Notes under the pieces: model-generated
Seen by the model: only the letters and a program-made list of their open reading frames with translations
Database searches by the model: none
Told to the model about the DNA's origin: nothing
Part shown: positions 50,300 through 64,000 of the stretch, in pieces
Layout of the letters: each line of letters begins with the position of its first letter
Numbering within the stretch: the stretch's first letter is position 1
Program-made: the position numbers and the translations under genes
From: Octopus vulgaris
Lineage: Eukaryota
Length of the DNA: 64,000 nt
Assembly (NCBI GenBank): GCA_951406725.2
Contig: OX597815.1
Location: 162,068,001 to 162,132,000, forward strand
Direction of reading: 5' to 3'

Positions 50300-50800
50300 G
50301 AGAAAAAAAGATGAGAGTGAGAGAAAGAGTGGAGAGAGAGAGAGGTAAGGAGTGGAGACTGAGAGACACACACACAGACACAGATAGGCAGAGACAGAGA
50401 CAGAGAAAGGAGAGAGAGGGGAGAGATAGAGAAAGACAGAAAGAGAGGAGAGAGAAAGAAAGGAGAGAGAGAGGAGAGATAGAGAGAGAGGAAGGAGCAA
50501 GATAGTGAGAGAGAGGGAGGAAAGAAAGAAAGAAAGACAGAAAGAGAGTAGAGAGAGAGGAGAGGAAAAAAGAGAGGTGAGAGAGAAAAAGAGAAGAGGG
50601 AGAAAGGGAGAAGAGAGAAAGAAAGAAAGGAGAGATAGAAAGTGAGAAAGAGAGCGGGAAACAAAAAGAGGAAAGAAAGACAAAGAGAGAAGAGAGAGAG
50701 GCAAAGAGAAGAGAGAAAAGGGAATGAGAGAGAAGGAGAGGAGAGAAAGAGGGGAGAGGGAAGAGAGAGAGAGAGGACAGAGGAAGAATAAAGGTAAGAG
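50300..50800. repeat. Polypurine (GA-rich) low-complexity tract
   Basis: About 500 bp almost entirely A/G on the plus strand. Confidence 0.95.
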
Positions 50801-51379
50801 AGTCAAGTCCAATATTGAAATGGTACTTTATTTATCGATACCAAAAGAATAACTCTTTAGTATTTAAACTAACCATATCTGGCCCAAATATTCCACCTGT
50901 TTTATGTTCAAACTGGCCAGATCTGGCCTCTCACACCAACCCTACAAAATCATTCTAAAAATTAACAGTTACCTTATCGAAATCTCTAAGCTACAAGATA
51001 AGGCATGATTAATTCAAAGAAATGTGAATAAATAAGCTATACATTTGACAGAATAATTTGAATGCTTAAAGGGATAAAACACAAAATTGACCTCAGCAGA
51101 ATTTGAACCTCTAGCATAGAGAGTCACCACATCTACTGCAAAGTATTCTATCCAACACTCTACCAGTTCTGCCATCCCTCATGCCGTAGGAAGCCATGTT
51201 TCATGATACAGATTTCATCCTATTGCCTGTAGCTTAGTGGACTGCACTGGCAACATGCAAAGACCAGGCAACGATGTTAACCCAGACAGCAGATTTAAGT
51301 CTACCACCCACGAGCTGATACAATCTATTTGACAAGCATTTGCTTGTTTCCTCAACTCAGTTTTGTTTCTTTGGGTTGC

Positions 51380-52200
51380 CTGAGCCATAATACCAACGAA
51401 GATATTAAGACAAGAATAAGTAAGGCAAGGACCACTTTTCACCTGTTAAAAAAAGTATGGAGAGCAAGTATAATTTCAATAAGGAACAAAATAATAATTT
51501 TTAACACTAACGTAAAAGCGGTGTTATTGTATGGGACTGAGACATGGCGAACAACAGTTAAGTCAAATAAGCCAATACAATCATTCATCAACAGATGCTT
51601 GCGTAGTATACTTAAAATTAGATGGCCCGAACACATAAGCAATATGGAGCTATGGCAAAGAACAAATCAAGTTTCGATTAGGGAGCAAATATTTAAGAAA
51701 ACGTGGAAGTGGATTGGTAGCACAATTAGAAAAGACACACCAAATGTAGTGAAAAGTGCTTTACAGTGGAATCTGGATGGATATAGAAAGGCAGCGAGCT
51801 GGCAGAAACGTTAGCATGCCGGGCGAAATGCGTAGCCGTATTTCGTCTGCTGTTACGTTCAGAGTTCAAATTCCGCCGAGGTCGACTTTGCCTTTCATCC
51901 TTTCGGGGTCGATTAAATAAGTACCGGTTATGCACTGGGGTCGATGTAATCGACTTAATCCATGTGTCTGTCCTTGTTTGTCCCCTCTGTGTTTAGCCCC
52001 TTGTGGGCAATAAAGAAATATATAGAAAGAAAGGTAGGCCTAAGAACTCGTGGAATAGATCAACACAAAAGGAACTAGAGAAATATACATGGCAGAGTAT
52101 AAGTACAGAAGCGAAAAGTTATGTGACATGGAATTCAATTATAAGTGGCCTATATATCCGCATTGGAAGGTTAAAAGCAGAAGGAAGGAAGGAGCCATAA
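51380..52200 (+). mobile_element. RTE-clade LINE C-terminal fragment (another family), split by a SINE
   Basis: EDIKTRISKAR..FNTNVKAVLLYGTETW..INRCLRSILKIRWP..WKWIG..ALQWNLDGYRK|KGRPKNSW. Confidence 0.88.
51791..52019 (+). mobile_element. Full-length family C SINE with a 10 bp TSD
   Basis: atatagaaag at 51781-51790 and 52020-52029; B box gagttcaaattcc; core gcctttcatcctttcggggtcga. Confidence 0.92.
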
Positions 52201-52660
52201 AGAATTGTCTTAGCTATGGACAGACAAGGTGAAATCCACAGTAATGTTATATGAACTGTAGAACTATTCAACACAGAATTCAACTTTCTATTAATCCAAC
52301 CAGCTGTGACCTTTATACATGAGATAATAATGTTTGATGAATGCTGTTTATTCTACCTGTTCATGCTTGCAGCTGCTACAGTTGCTGCTGCTACTGTTGA
52401 TGCTGCTGCTAGCCTCAAATCAGTCATAGCTGAACAGAACTATAATCAAAGACATTCCAGCTATGACCATCCCATCTTTTTTTGCTAATATGTCAGTTGA
52501 TCCATTTTTTAAGATGGAAGAGTATTATTTGAGTAAAATTGTTTTGTTATTTCCATCGTATGTATGAGTGTGTGCGTGTGCATGCATCTGTGTAAGTTTA
52601 TATGTATGTATGTATGTATGTATATATGTACATACATATGTATGTATGTATATATGTATT

Positions 52661-52694
<34 letters not shown>

Positions 52695-53244
52695 TGTATG
52701 TATGTATGTATGTATGTATGTATGTATGTATGTATGTGTGTGTGTATGTATATGTCTTCCAACCACATATGGACACAATTCATTGGCTTAGATTAGTCAT
52801 ACTTGTTGCTATTTCTTAACCCTAGGTAAGTCTTAGAAAAAGCAATTCCTGTTTATAAGCAAAGGCATTTCAGCATGACTATCCTATCTTTTTACCCAAC
52901 ATACCCAATCCCGACTTTTTCTAAGCTGATATGGGAAATTTGAAGCAAATTTATTTCTTATTTCTAGCAGATCAATCAACCATATACAAGCACCCTCACT
53001 GACTCCATACATTTATAGTTATTATTGTTGTTTAACAAGAGTGGCTTTCATCAGCAAAGTTGTGATCATTCCAACCATGACCATCCTTGTGTATGACCTA
53101 TTCATTCTTGGTACAACAGAGGGTAGACTTCTTTACAAGTCACTGACATGAGCTACAGACAGAACATTTTTTAAGGTAAACACTTGTGTATTGAGCATGC
53201 TGATGTACTCCATCTCTAAATGCAGGAGCTGATATATTATCAGG

Positions 53245-54597
<1,353 letters not shown>

Positions 54598-55444
54598 TTT
54601 TTTTAATCCAAGACTCCTAAACATTAAGTGAACCCTGGTTCCAACAAATCCTTTTAAAAAAGGCATATTGCTTCCCATCCATTCTTTTCTTCACAGAGTT
54701 CAACCAATTCCCTGTATTTTCTCTCCCCCTTGAGGAAAGCATCTCTGAAGTTCACTTCCCAAGGAACAGTCAGTTCTACCGACTTTGAATAAATAAAATA
54801 TCATATTTCCCTATGTCAAGAATGATGCTTTTACCCCAAAACAAATCTGAAAACTTTATGTACATGCATTTTTGCATGCATGTAAGTGAATGCATGTGTG
54901 TATGTGTGCAGATGTATAAATGCGTGAACATGTGGGGTGGTGTATGTGTGTGTCTATGTGAATGTCAAAATACTTGTGCTTGAGTGTGTGTATGTATGTA
55001 CATGTATGTATCTGTATGTGTTCCTGTTTGTGTAAGTGAATATGTATATGAGTGTCCACACATGTGCTTATATGTATGTGAGCTTCTGTAGGAGTATGTA
55101 ATGTTCGTGTGTATATGTGTGTGTGATTGTGTGTGTGAGTGAGTATGTGCATGCACACATTTAAGTGTGTGAGCGTGTGTGTGTGTGCACATTTGTGTGT
55201 GTGTATATGTATGTAAGTATGAACATGTATATGGGTTTATGAGAATTCAAAATTAAGGGCACATAAACATGTGTATACGCATGTAATGTGACTGTATGTG
55301 TATGCATGTATGTATGTGTGTGTGTGTGCACACATGCATGAATGAAATGAAAACAATATGACTAATAAAGTTAGTTTCTGGTGGTTGATATAAGAATATT
55401 CAGACGGTTGAATGTTTTATATTCCAACATTCAGTAATGGGTGT

Positions 55445-55608
55445 AGGAGTGGCTGTGTGGTAAGTAGCTTGCTTATGAACCACATGGTTCCAGGTTTAGT
55501 CCCACTGCATGGCACCTTGGGCAAGTGTCTTCTACTATAGCCTTGGGCCAACCAAAGCCTTGTGAGTGGATTTGGTTGGTAGACAGAAGCTGAAAGAAGC
55601 TCATTGTA

Positions 55609-55665
<57 letters not shown>

Positions 55666-55918
55666 ATGTATGTATGTATGTATGTGTGTGTATATGTTTG
55701 TGTGTCTGTCTTTGTCCCCCCCCCCCTTCATCATAACATCAATTGACAACCGATGCTGGTGTGTTTACAGCCCCGTAACTTAGCAGTTCAGCAAAAGAGA
55801 CTGATAGAATAAGTACTAGGCTTACAAAGAATAAGTCCTGGGGTCGATTTGCTCGACTAAAAGCGGTGCTCCAGCATGGCCACAGTCACATGACTGAAAC
55901 AAGTAAAAGAGTAAAAGA
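55445..55918 (+). mobile_element. Family A bipartite SINE with internal microsatellite
   Basis: tRNA head, core, (TA)n/(TG)n, then a tail ending aacaagtaaaagag. Confidence 0.9.
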
Positions 55919-58554
55919 ATGGAAAATGGGAATGTAACTCAAACAGTCCCTTGAAAAAAAAAAAATACAGACAGAAAGGTCTGCCTGAGAAATTTTTCTG
56001 AAAGCCTGTTTATCCAATGAAAGGATATCATGTAAATTTAAATAACTCTAATTAAGCAAAATATAATTTTGCTTCACATTTTGGCACAAGGCCAGGAATT
56101 TTAGTGGGAAAAGGTTAGTTGGTTACATCAACTCCAGTACTTGACTGGTATTTTATTTTATCAACCCTGAATGGAAGAAAAGCAAAGCTGATTTCAGTAG
56201 CATTTGAACTCAGAACGTAAAGCACTGGAAGAAATGCTGCTGAACATTTTTGTCCAGTGTGATAATGATTATGTCAGTCTGCCACCTTGAAGATGCAATG
56301 GATGGCAAGGTTTACGATATCATGAGAATATCGCCTTCTTCCATTATCTCTTTTTGTACTTTGTGTAGTTAAGGCTCTAGTTTATTTACAGGTTTCACAG
56401 GATAGGTGAAGTGTGCTGCTCTCAGCAACAATCTTTAGCTGTGTGCATTGTGTAGTAGCTCCGTAAGTGCAGGCACATTGTCTCTGGAGGTACAACATAC
56501 AGACAGGCTCAGCAAGTGCTGCTGCTATGAAGCAGAAAGAAGAGGCAGCAAAAGAGGAACAATCTCAATCTGTTTTTGCCCTTATATACAGTTTGCCATC
56601 GTGAGCCTCATTGGGATCTCGCGCATGGCAAATGGATGCAGGTGAGGTCACGCTGCAGTCTCAGAGATGGCAATGGCTGCCGTGAGATCTCATCCAATAT
56701 GGCGCTAACTGCTTGTGCCGCTACAAAGATTTCAAATTTTTGGAGCAAGGCTAGCAGTTTTAGTGGTGAGGGGATACAGTAATTTATATTGATCCTAGTG
56801 CTCAGCTGGAACTTATTTTATCAGTCCCCAAAAGGATGAAATGCAGTATTGACTTTGGTAGGATTTGAACTCAGAATCATGCTGGTGCCATATTAAAAGT
56901 ACTGGTGCTGGTTTCACAAAAAAAGCACCCAGTACACTGAGGACTGGTTGGTGTTAGGAAGGGCATCCAGCTGTATAAACCATTCCAGAACAGACAATGG
57001 AACCTAGTGCAGCCCCTAGCCTTACTAGCTTTGGTGAAACCCTCCAATCCATGCCAACGTGGAGAACAAACGTTAAATGATGATGATGATAAATTTAAAG
57101 AGTCTGAAGAAAAACCAGTAAGCATTTTCTTTGACAAGCTAACAATTCTACCAGCTTATTGCCTTCATTAAGCAAACATAAAGAGAAATGAAAACCTCAT
57201 ATTTCAACAATTAATTTTTATTTACAGAAGCAAAAGATATCCACAAATTAAATTCAAGTAAATTTACATTAACCAAGGGAAGCTATATACATAGATAATG
57301 GGTATGTCAGTAGGTCTCATAAATAGTCACAAACTATAAATGACTTACTGGATTCTGATTAAAAATGTTAGAAATTATAAAGTCATTCTCCAAAAGACCA
57401 TGATTTACACAAATAGAAACATCACATTGGTTACAAGTATATCAAATATGGTAAAAGATATGAAAAATCCCAGCTGTTAGAGATAGTAAGAAAAAGAAAC
57501 CTGTCAGCTTGAGTACAATGAATACAGTTAAATACAAGGACAAAAGTAGAATGCCACAGGATCAACCTGCAATGATATCTTGCTAGGAGTCAAGGTCGAT
57601 TCATTCATGTTTAGTAGAAAAGTAAAAGATCAAAGTCCTAGAAAAATTCACAGAAAAAAATGTACTACTAGCTCAACTCATGTTGTTTGCTTTCTTTTGT
57701 TGGAATGAACATGTATTCATGTACATTGTAGGTAAATTTCCTGCAAAAAAAGAAATCAATGACCCTAGAATTTTGAGAGTTTATGGCCAAATAGAGTCAT
57801 TTTGTCTGGTTAAAATACAGCATAATATGTTTGCCATTCTGTTACTAATATGTACTAATCTGAATTTAGTGTGTACAAAGACAAGGCAATAAATAGTGAG
57901 CTGTAGAAATATTTTTATAAGGATACTAGAGTCATGACTTGGCCTGAGAAAGAAAAGGTGGTTTGTGCTGTCCTTATATACACTTTTGTTAACCAGAAAG
58001 TTTTGAATTCCTTTGGTGGAGTGCATTGGTCTGTACTAATTTTGTATTCAGCTGTAGGCTGAAGTAAACAAAAGAAACATTTTGACAGAAAAACAAAAAA
58101 AAATTAGTCATGTGACTGATTTTAGCTAACATCATAGTTAAACACTGTTTGCTGCAATGTTTACTAAAGAGGAAATATATATGAAGTGATGTGAAGGAGA
58201 AAAAAGATGGAAGCAAAGAGAGAATTGCTGTAGTCTTATCTGTCGGTCTGGAAGGGTCATTCACAATGTACACGTGCTCTGTCTTGATCTGGAAGGTTCA
58301 CTCACAACGTCCATATGCTCTGTCTACCTCCGTACCATCTAACACATCTGCTCCCATGCACTGTCCACCACTAACTGACTGCTCATGCCTCTCCAACCCC
58401 ACATGCCCACCGCAGCCCTTTTGGTGGGACCCACATGCCCCACTTCCAACACAACATACATACTTCCTCACTTCCGGTCCTTCCCTACAACACAGCCTGG
58501 CTCATAACACCACATGTGAGCTACAGTTAGTCCCTAACTCTGTAATGAGTGGGC

Positions 58555-58937
58555 ACAGTTCCAGTACTACAGACATGTGTTTAAAATGCCACAAGAAAGA
58601 ATCACAAGGTGAGCCAACCATCTGAAGACCTGGGGGTGGACCAAGAACGAGATTGTTGGATAATATTCATAATTTCAGTTGATCAAACTTGGGAATCCAG
58701 CCGAGAAGTCTAATGGTGGTTGTTTCTGATAGGACTCTATGTCAGTTCCAGTACTACAGACATGTTAATAGAATGTTGCAGGAAAGAATCACAAAATGGA
58801 TTCTTCAAGCTGAACCAACCAGCAGGAGACCTAAGAATAGACCAAGAATGAAATGGTTGGGTAATCTTCATAGCCATGATTGGTCATTCTTGGGAACCCA
58901 ACCAAAAAGTCTAGTGACTGCTATTTCTGATAGGACA
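58555..58937 (+). mobile_element. Tandem duplicate of a LINE C-terminal segment
   Basis: Two ~190 bp units starting cagttccagtactacagacatgt; YYRHVNRM..ILQAEPTSRRPKNRPRMKWL. Confidence 0.75.
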
Positions 58938-59044
58938 TGATGGAGGAGGTGCTAGAGAACTCTGACGATAATTAACTGATCCTCCTGTATTTTCTTTTAC
59001 CCAAAGCCAGGAACTTTTCAGCACCTCCTCGTGTGTATATATAC

Positions 59045-59079
<35 letters not shown>

Positions 59080-59080
<1 letters not shown>

Positions 59081-60175
59081 CCATCCTTCCAATACTCCAG
59101 CCCTCCCATGCACTACTTCCTCCTCTCCCTCCTCCCAGCTTTCCATCACCTCCACTGCCCCTCCCGACCTGGGCTGCTGACCATCCCACTGGACACCAGC
59201 TCCTGGCCAATTCCAAGCTGGTGATCATTTTGCAAGAATCTGCCAACGTGTCATAGACTGGTTCAACTTTCACAGGCATCCCCGACATTTCAACATCTCC
59301 CTGGCCAAACTCTCGGGGTTTCGATGTCTCCATTGCTGCACAGATATCATAATAGAACCAGCCAAGAGTGCAGCTGCAGTGGTGTGGTGCACAGATCTTT
59401 ACAAGGCTGAAACTCTCTACCAACTTCAAAACACCTACTTCTATTGCCCTCTGCCTTTAAACCCCATGCCTAACTACCAACAGATTGTGTCAACCACTAT
59501 TCCTGACCTCATTTCCTCCTCCCGTCTCCCTCCCACTACCTCCAACCTTATTGTCTGCATTCTACACACCTCCATTATTTACTTCTTTCACAAGCCCAAC
59601 AACCCTGACTGCCCCATCATCTCTGCCTGCAACTGCATCAAGGAAATGACCTCCAAATACCTTGACAATCTCCTTTCTCCCCACCTAGTAGTTTTCCTCT
59701 GCTCCCACATCCACAACACCATGCTCTCTGTTTAATTCTTTCTCTTTCCCTCCTAACCCCTCTAAATTTCTGTTCACTCTTGATATCAAAAGTTTATATA
59801 TGGTGATCCCACACAATGAAGGACTTCCTGTGCTCAAACACTTCCTAGAACTTTGGCCTGACCCTCAACCTGACACCTCCACACGTCTTCATCTGACTAA
59901 ACTTTTTCTCTCTCTCAACTGCTTCTCATTTGCAAGGAATTTTTCCCAACAGGTCTTGAGAGTGACCATGAGAACAAGAATGGGTCCCAACTGTGGGAAC
60001 CTGTTTGTTAGCTACATTGCATCAACACACTCAACATACATAGACAAAGATAACTTACACCCACATACATACACAAGACATGCCTACTGTTGGGTTACAG
60101 ACAGACACACACACACATATACACACTCACATGTGCACACACCATGTGAAAAAGCACACATCAACTGCTACACAC

Positions 60176-60222
<47 letters not shown>

Positions 60223-60617
60223 TACACACACACTCACACATGTCAGAGTCACTCGTCCCTATTCACACATACACACTTATACATTCACACACACCATTCT
60301 CACATACACACACATGCACACACACTTCGTTGGGATCACTAGCACTATTATTATCTCCCTTTCATTCAACCTCCTTTTTTTTATTATTATCTCCTTTCTT
60401 TTCAACTTCTTTTTTACCACTCATTCACTATGTTGCTGAACTCTACATGTTTTATTCCATTCTCTTTTTCTTTATTTCTTCTTATCCCTTTTCTGTTGAA
60501 GAGCATCGACTCAAAACATAAAAGACATTTTCATTTTCCCAAGCATCAAAGAAATATACTTTGTTGTTCATACACCTGTTTTCATCTTTTGTTTTTTGTT
60601 TTTCTATAAATTTCAAC
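59080..60617 (+). mobile_element. Degraded Penelope-like element (third family) with terminal repeat
   Basis: VVWCTDLYKAE..HKPNNPDCPIISAC..LFTLDIKSLYMVIPHNEGL..LSLNCFSF..MRTRMGPNCGNLFV; degenerate hammerhead-like motif at 60488-60524. Confidence 0.8.
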
Positions 60618-60630
60618 TGTGTGTGTGTGC

Positions 60631-60679
<49 letters not shown>

Positions 60680-60696
60680 TGCATGTGTGTGTGTGT

Positions 60697-61110
60697 GCAG
60701 GCATGGCTGTGTAGTAAGAAGCTTCCTTCCCAACCACATGCTTCTGAGTTCAGTCCCACAGCATGGCACCTTGGGCAAGTGTTTTCTACTATAGCCTTGG
60801 GCCAACCAAAATCCTTGAGAGTGGATTTGGTAGACAGAAACTAAAAGAACGCCATTGTACATATGTATATATATCTATGTGTGTGTAACTTATTGTCTGC
60901 ATTTGTCACCCCGCCACCACTTGACAACTAGTGCTGATGTGTTTATGTCCCCATAGCCCAGCAGTTTGGCAAAAGAGACTGATAGAATAAGTACCAGGAT
61001 TTTAAAAAGAAAATAAATACTGGGGTTGATATTTTCAACTGAAAATTCTTCAAGGCAGTGCCTCAGCATGACCACAGTCAAATGAGTGAAACAAGTAAAA
61101 TAATAAAAGA
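60697..61110 (+). mobile_element. Family A SINE
   Basis: Homologous to 55445-55918; followed by a family C SINE (61147-61343) and an RTE 3' end (61381-61561). Confidence 0.85.
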
Positions 61111-61342
61111 ATAAAGAAAATGTATATATATATAGATATAGATATAGCATGCTGGGCGAAATGTGTAGCCGTATTTTGTCTGCCATTACGTTCTGAGTTC
61201 AAATTCCGCTGAGGTCGACTTTGCCTTTCATCCTTTCGGGGTTGATAAATTAAGTACCAGTTACAAACTGGTAATCGACTTAATCCATTTGTCTGTCCTT
61301 GTTTGTCCCCTCTGTGTTTAGCCCCTTGTGGGTAGTAAAGAA

Positions 61343-61379
<37 letters not shown>

Positions 61380-61526
61380 TACTACACTCGCGGAGTGGTT
61401 GGCGTTAGGAAGGGCATCCAGCTGTAGAAACACTGCCAGATCAGACTGGAGCCTGGTGCAGCTCTGGCTTCCTAGACTCCGGTCAAACCGTCCAACCCGT
61501 GCTAGCGCGGAAAACGGACGTTAAAC

Positions 61527-61562
<36 letters not shown>

Positions 61563-61876
61563 ATATATCATAATGATAGTTATTCTCTGATTTGAAGCTC
61601 CAATTTGTTAAATATAAACAAAATGACTGATAAATGATGAGCTAACTGCAGGCTGAACTGAACTCACAAATCAACGCTTTGTTTATATTCAAAAAATTGT
61701 CAGAGAATAAATATCATTATGATATATATTATACAGTTATTATACAGTTATTACATTATGAGTCTTCCATAGTAGGTTCCTCTCCAATACTTGCAAGGCC
61801 TTTCAGATTTGTTTATAAAAATATTATTTACGTAGCATGTATGTATGTATGTATATATATATATAGAGAGAGAGAG

Positions 61877-61944
<68 letters not shown>

Positions 61945-62129
61945 GGATAGATAGATATGCACACACACATACAAACATACAACCATATATATTCCAATAT
62001 AGACAGATTTTCACAATTTATATTTTATTTTTGTGCACTTTATTTTTTTGTAGTTGTGGAGTACACACTTATACACAGTGTCGTATTCAAAATGATATTC
62101 TTTTTCTTTTTTCTTTTATTCTTTTTATT

Positions 62130-62314
62130 TGTTTCACTCATTTGACTGCAGCCATGCTGGAGCACCACCTTTAGTCAAGCAATTCGACCCCAGGACTTAT
62201 TCTTTGTAAGCCTAGTACTTATTCTGTCGGTGTCTCTTGCTGAACTGGGGACGTAAACACACCAGCATCGGTTGTCAAGTGATGTTGGGGGGACAAACAC
62301 AGACACACAAACAT

Positions 62315-62403
<89 letters not shown>

Positions 62404-62573
62404 ATATACACAACAGGCTTCTTTCAGTTTGCGTCTACCAAATCCACTCACAAGGCTTTGGTCAGCCCAAGGCTATAGTAGAAGACACTTACCCAAGGTG
62501 CCATACAGTGGGACTGAACCCAGAACTATGTGGTTGGTAAGCAAGCTACTTACCACACAGCCACTCCTGCGCC
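62130..62573 (-). mobile_element. Family A bipartite SINE
   Basis: Reverse complement of 55445-55918 with internal (TA)n/(TG)n. Confidence 0.9.
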
Positions 62574-63494
62574 TATGTTTACTATATGTTTCAGTGAGAG
62601 AGTGTTTCATTTCAATGACTAGAAATAACAGCCTATTCTTTAAAAAATATTTTTAAAATGTAAGTACACATAATATAATGCAATTCTATATGATAAAACC
62701 AAAAAACAAAAAGAGATGGTCACAGCTGGAAAGTCATTGATCATCATTCTACTCAACAAGACCTGACCAGGGGCTAAACAACAACAACTAACCAACCAGC
62801 TGCAAACCACAGTCTCCAGATAAATAAATACCAACAGCAAAGAACACTGTATTCTCCTCTACTTTAATCTGTCATTTACTGGATTATAAACAAAATAATA
62901 TGTTCTTGAACAGAAATAAAGCTGTCGTCATCTTTAATCTTAACAGGGATTAAGGTTAAAGAGAATGTCAACTAAAAGCAGATTAAAGTTGTTGTCATAT
63001 TTAATCTCACAGATCAGAGCAACATAAAAAAAAATCTATGAAGGTAAAACAGTAGCATCCGAGAAAACTAGTATTGGACTGTGTCAGCAAATAAAAAGTA
63101 CAAAATAAATTGTTTTACCCTGAGGGAGAGAAGAAGTGTAATATTTCAGCTAGAATTCTTTATCAGAAGTATTGATGTGAAACGTTAAATTTCTCCTCTT
63201 CTTCATTACACAATAATTTATCCCAATTTGAGGACATTTTAAAAAATATATACAAGCAATAAATGATATATTTTGGGGTTTTTTTCTGTTTTTTAATGGT
63301 AATGTTCATGGGTTTCCTTATTTCATTCAGTATTGGCTGTTCTAATATAATTTCCTCTTCTTCAGGATCATCATTTCCTTCAGCCTTGCTATGTAGAATC
63401 TCATCTGGAATTTCTTCATCAGTGGGTTGAACAGCTAAGATCACCTTCATCAATTTCCTGAACATCATCTCTAGTTGTTTTCTAATTGACAGCA

Positions 63495-63960
63495 TTTACC
63501 TTTGTTGGCAACCAAAGGTCTGTCTTTCTCTGAGTGAAAGGAAGATTGTATGATGCATGTGTACAAACAGCAATGGTACATGGTAATGAGATGCAGGCCT
63601 CAGATACTGAAAACATGCAAAGGCTAGAGAGGAATGAAGCTAGTATGCTCAACCAGATGTTCCAAGTGAGTGTACATGTGTGACAGAGCACTAGTATATT
63701 GATAGAAAAGTTGGGCATAAGAGGAATCAGATACCATGTGCAAAAGAAAAGACTGCACTAGTCATGAGATGCATATGGATGTAAACATAAAGAAGTACCA
63801 CTCACTTAAAGTGGACGGAACTTGTGGAAGAGGGAAACCCAGGAAGTCATGGAACAAAGTATTGAAGCCTAACCTCAAGACATTGAGCCTTACAAAGGAG
63901 ATGACAAACGACTGAGATATCTGGTGCCTTGCTACATTCAAGAAAACATGTCAACCACAG
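63495..63960 (+). mobile_element. Old RTE C-terminal fragment
   Basis: GRLYDACVQTAMVHG..RLERNEASML..GTCGRGKPRKSW. Confidence 0.8.
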
Positions 63961-64000
63961 CAAAATTGATACTGATGCTGGGGCTACATAAAAAGCATTG

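Noticed and set aside
63163-63495. Acidic 110 aa ORF as a host exon
   Set aside because: It resembles a decayed Tigger/pogo C-terminus next to an RTE fragment; too weak to call either way.

Overview
AT-rich eukaryotic genomic DNA saturated with microsatellites and transposable elements. The repeat landscape (RTE LINEs with (GAT)n tails, tRNA-derived SINEs, R4/Dong-type RLE LINEs, Penelope-like elements, Helitrons, mariner, hAT and piggyBac-type MITEs) suggests a coleoid cephalopod such as Octopus; that assignment is an inference. No recognisable host protein-coding gene, rRNA, intact tRNA or CRISPR array is present, and most ORFs in the track are microsatellite read-throughs. The best-preserved coding remnants are a 5'-truncated RTE LINE (13963-16630, minus; PHD finger inside the RT) and a Penelope-like RT plus GIY-YIG element (31815-34170, minus). 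Each has one in-frame TGA in its main frame. The most unusual signals are: (i) three unrelated head-to-head foldback elements with hammerhead-ribozyme-like cores, one of them a tRNA-headed SINE fused to a Penelope-type hammerhead tail and inserted as one unit with a TSD; (ii) RLE retrotransposon 3' ends that repeatedly abut CATA-type microsatellites; (iii) two mutually similar minus-strand exon-like segments with canonical splice signals, hinting at a hidden spliced transcript. Boundaries of degraded elements are approximate and all alignments were done by eye.
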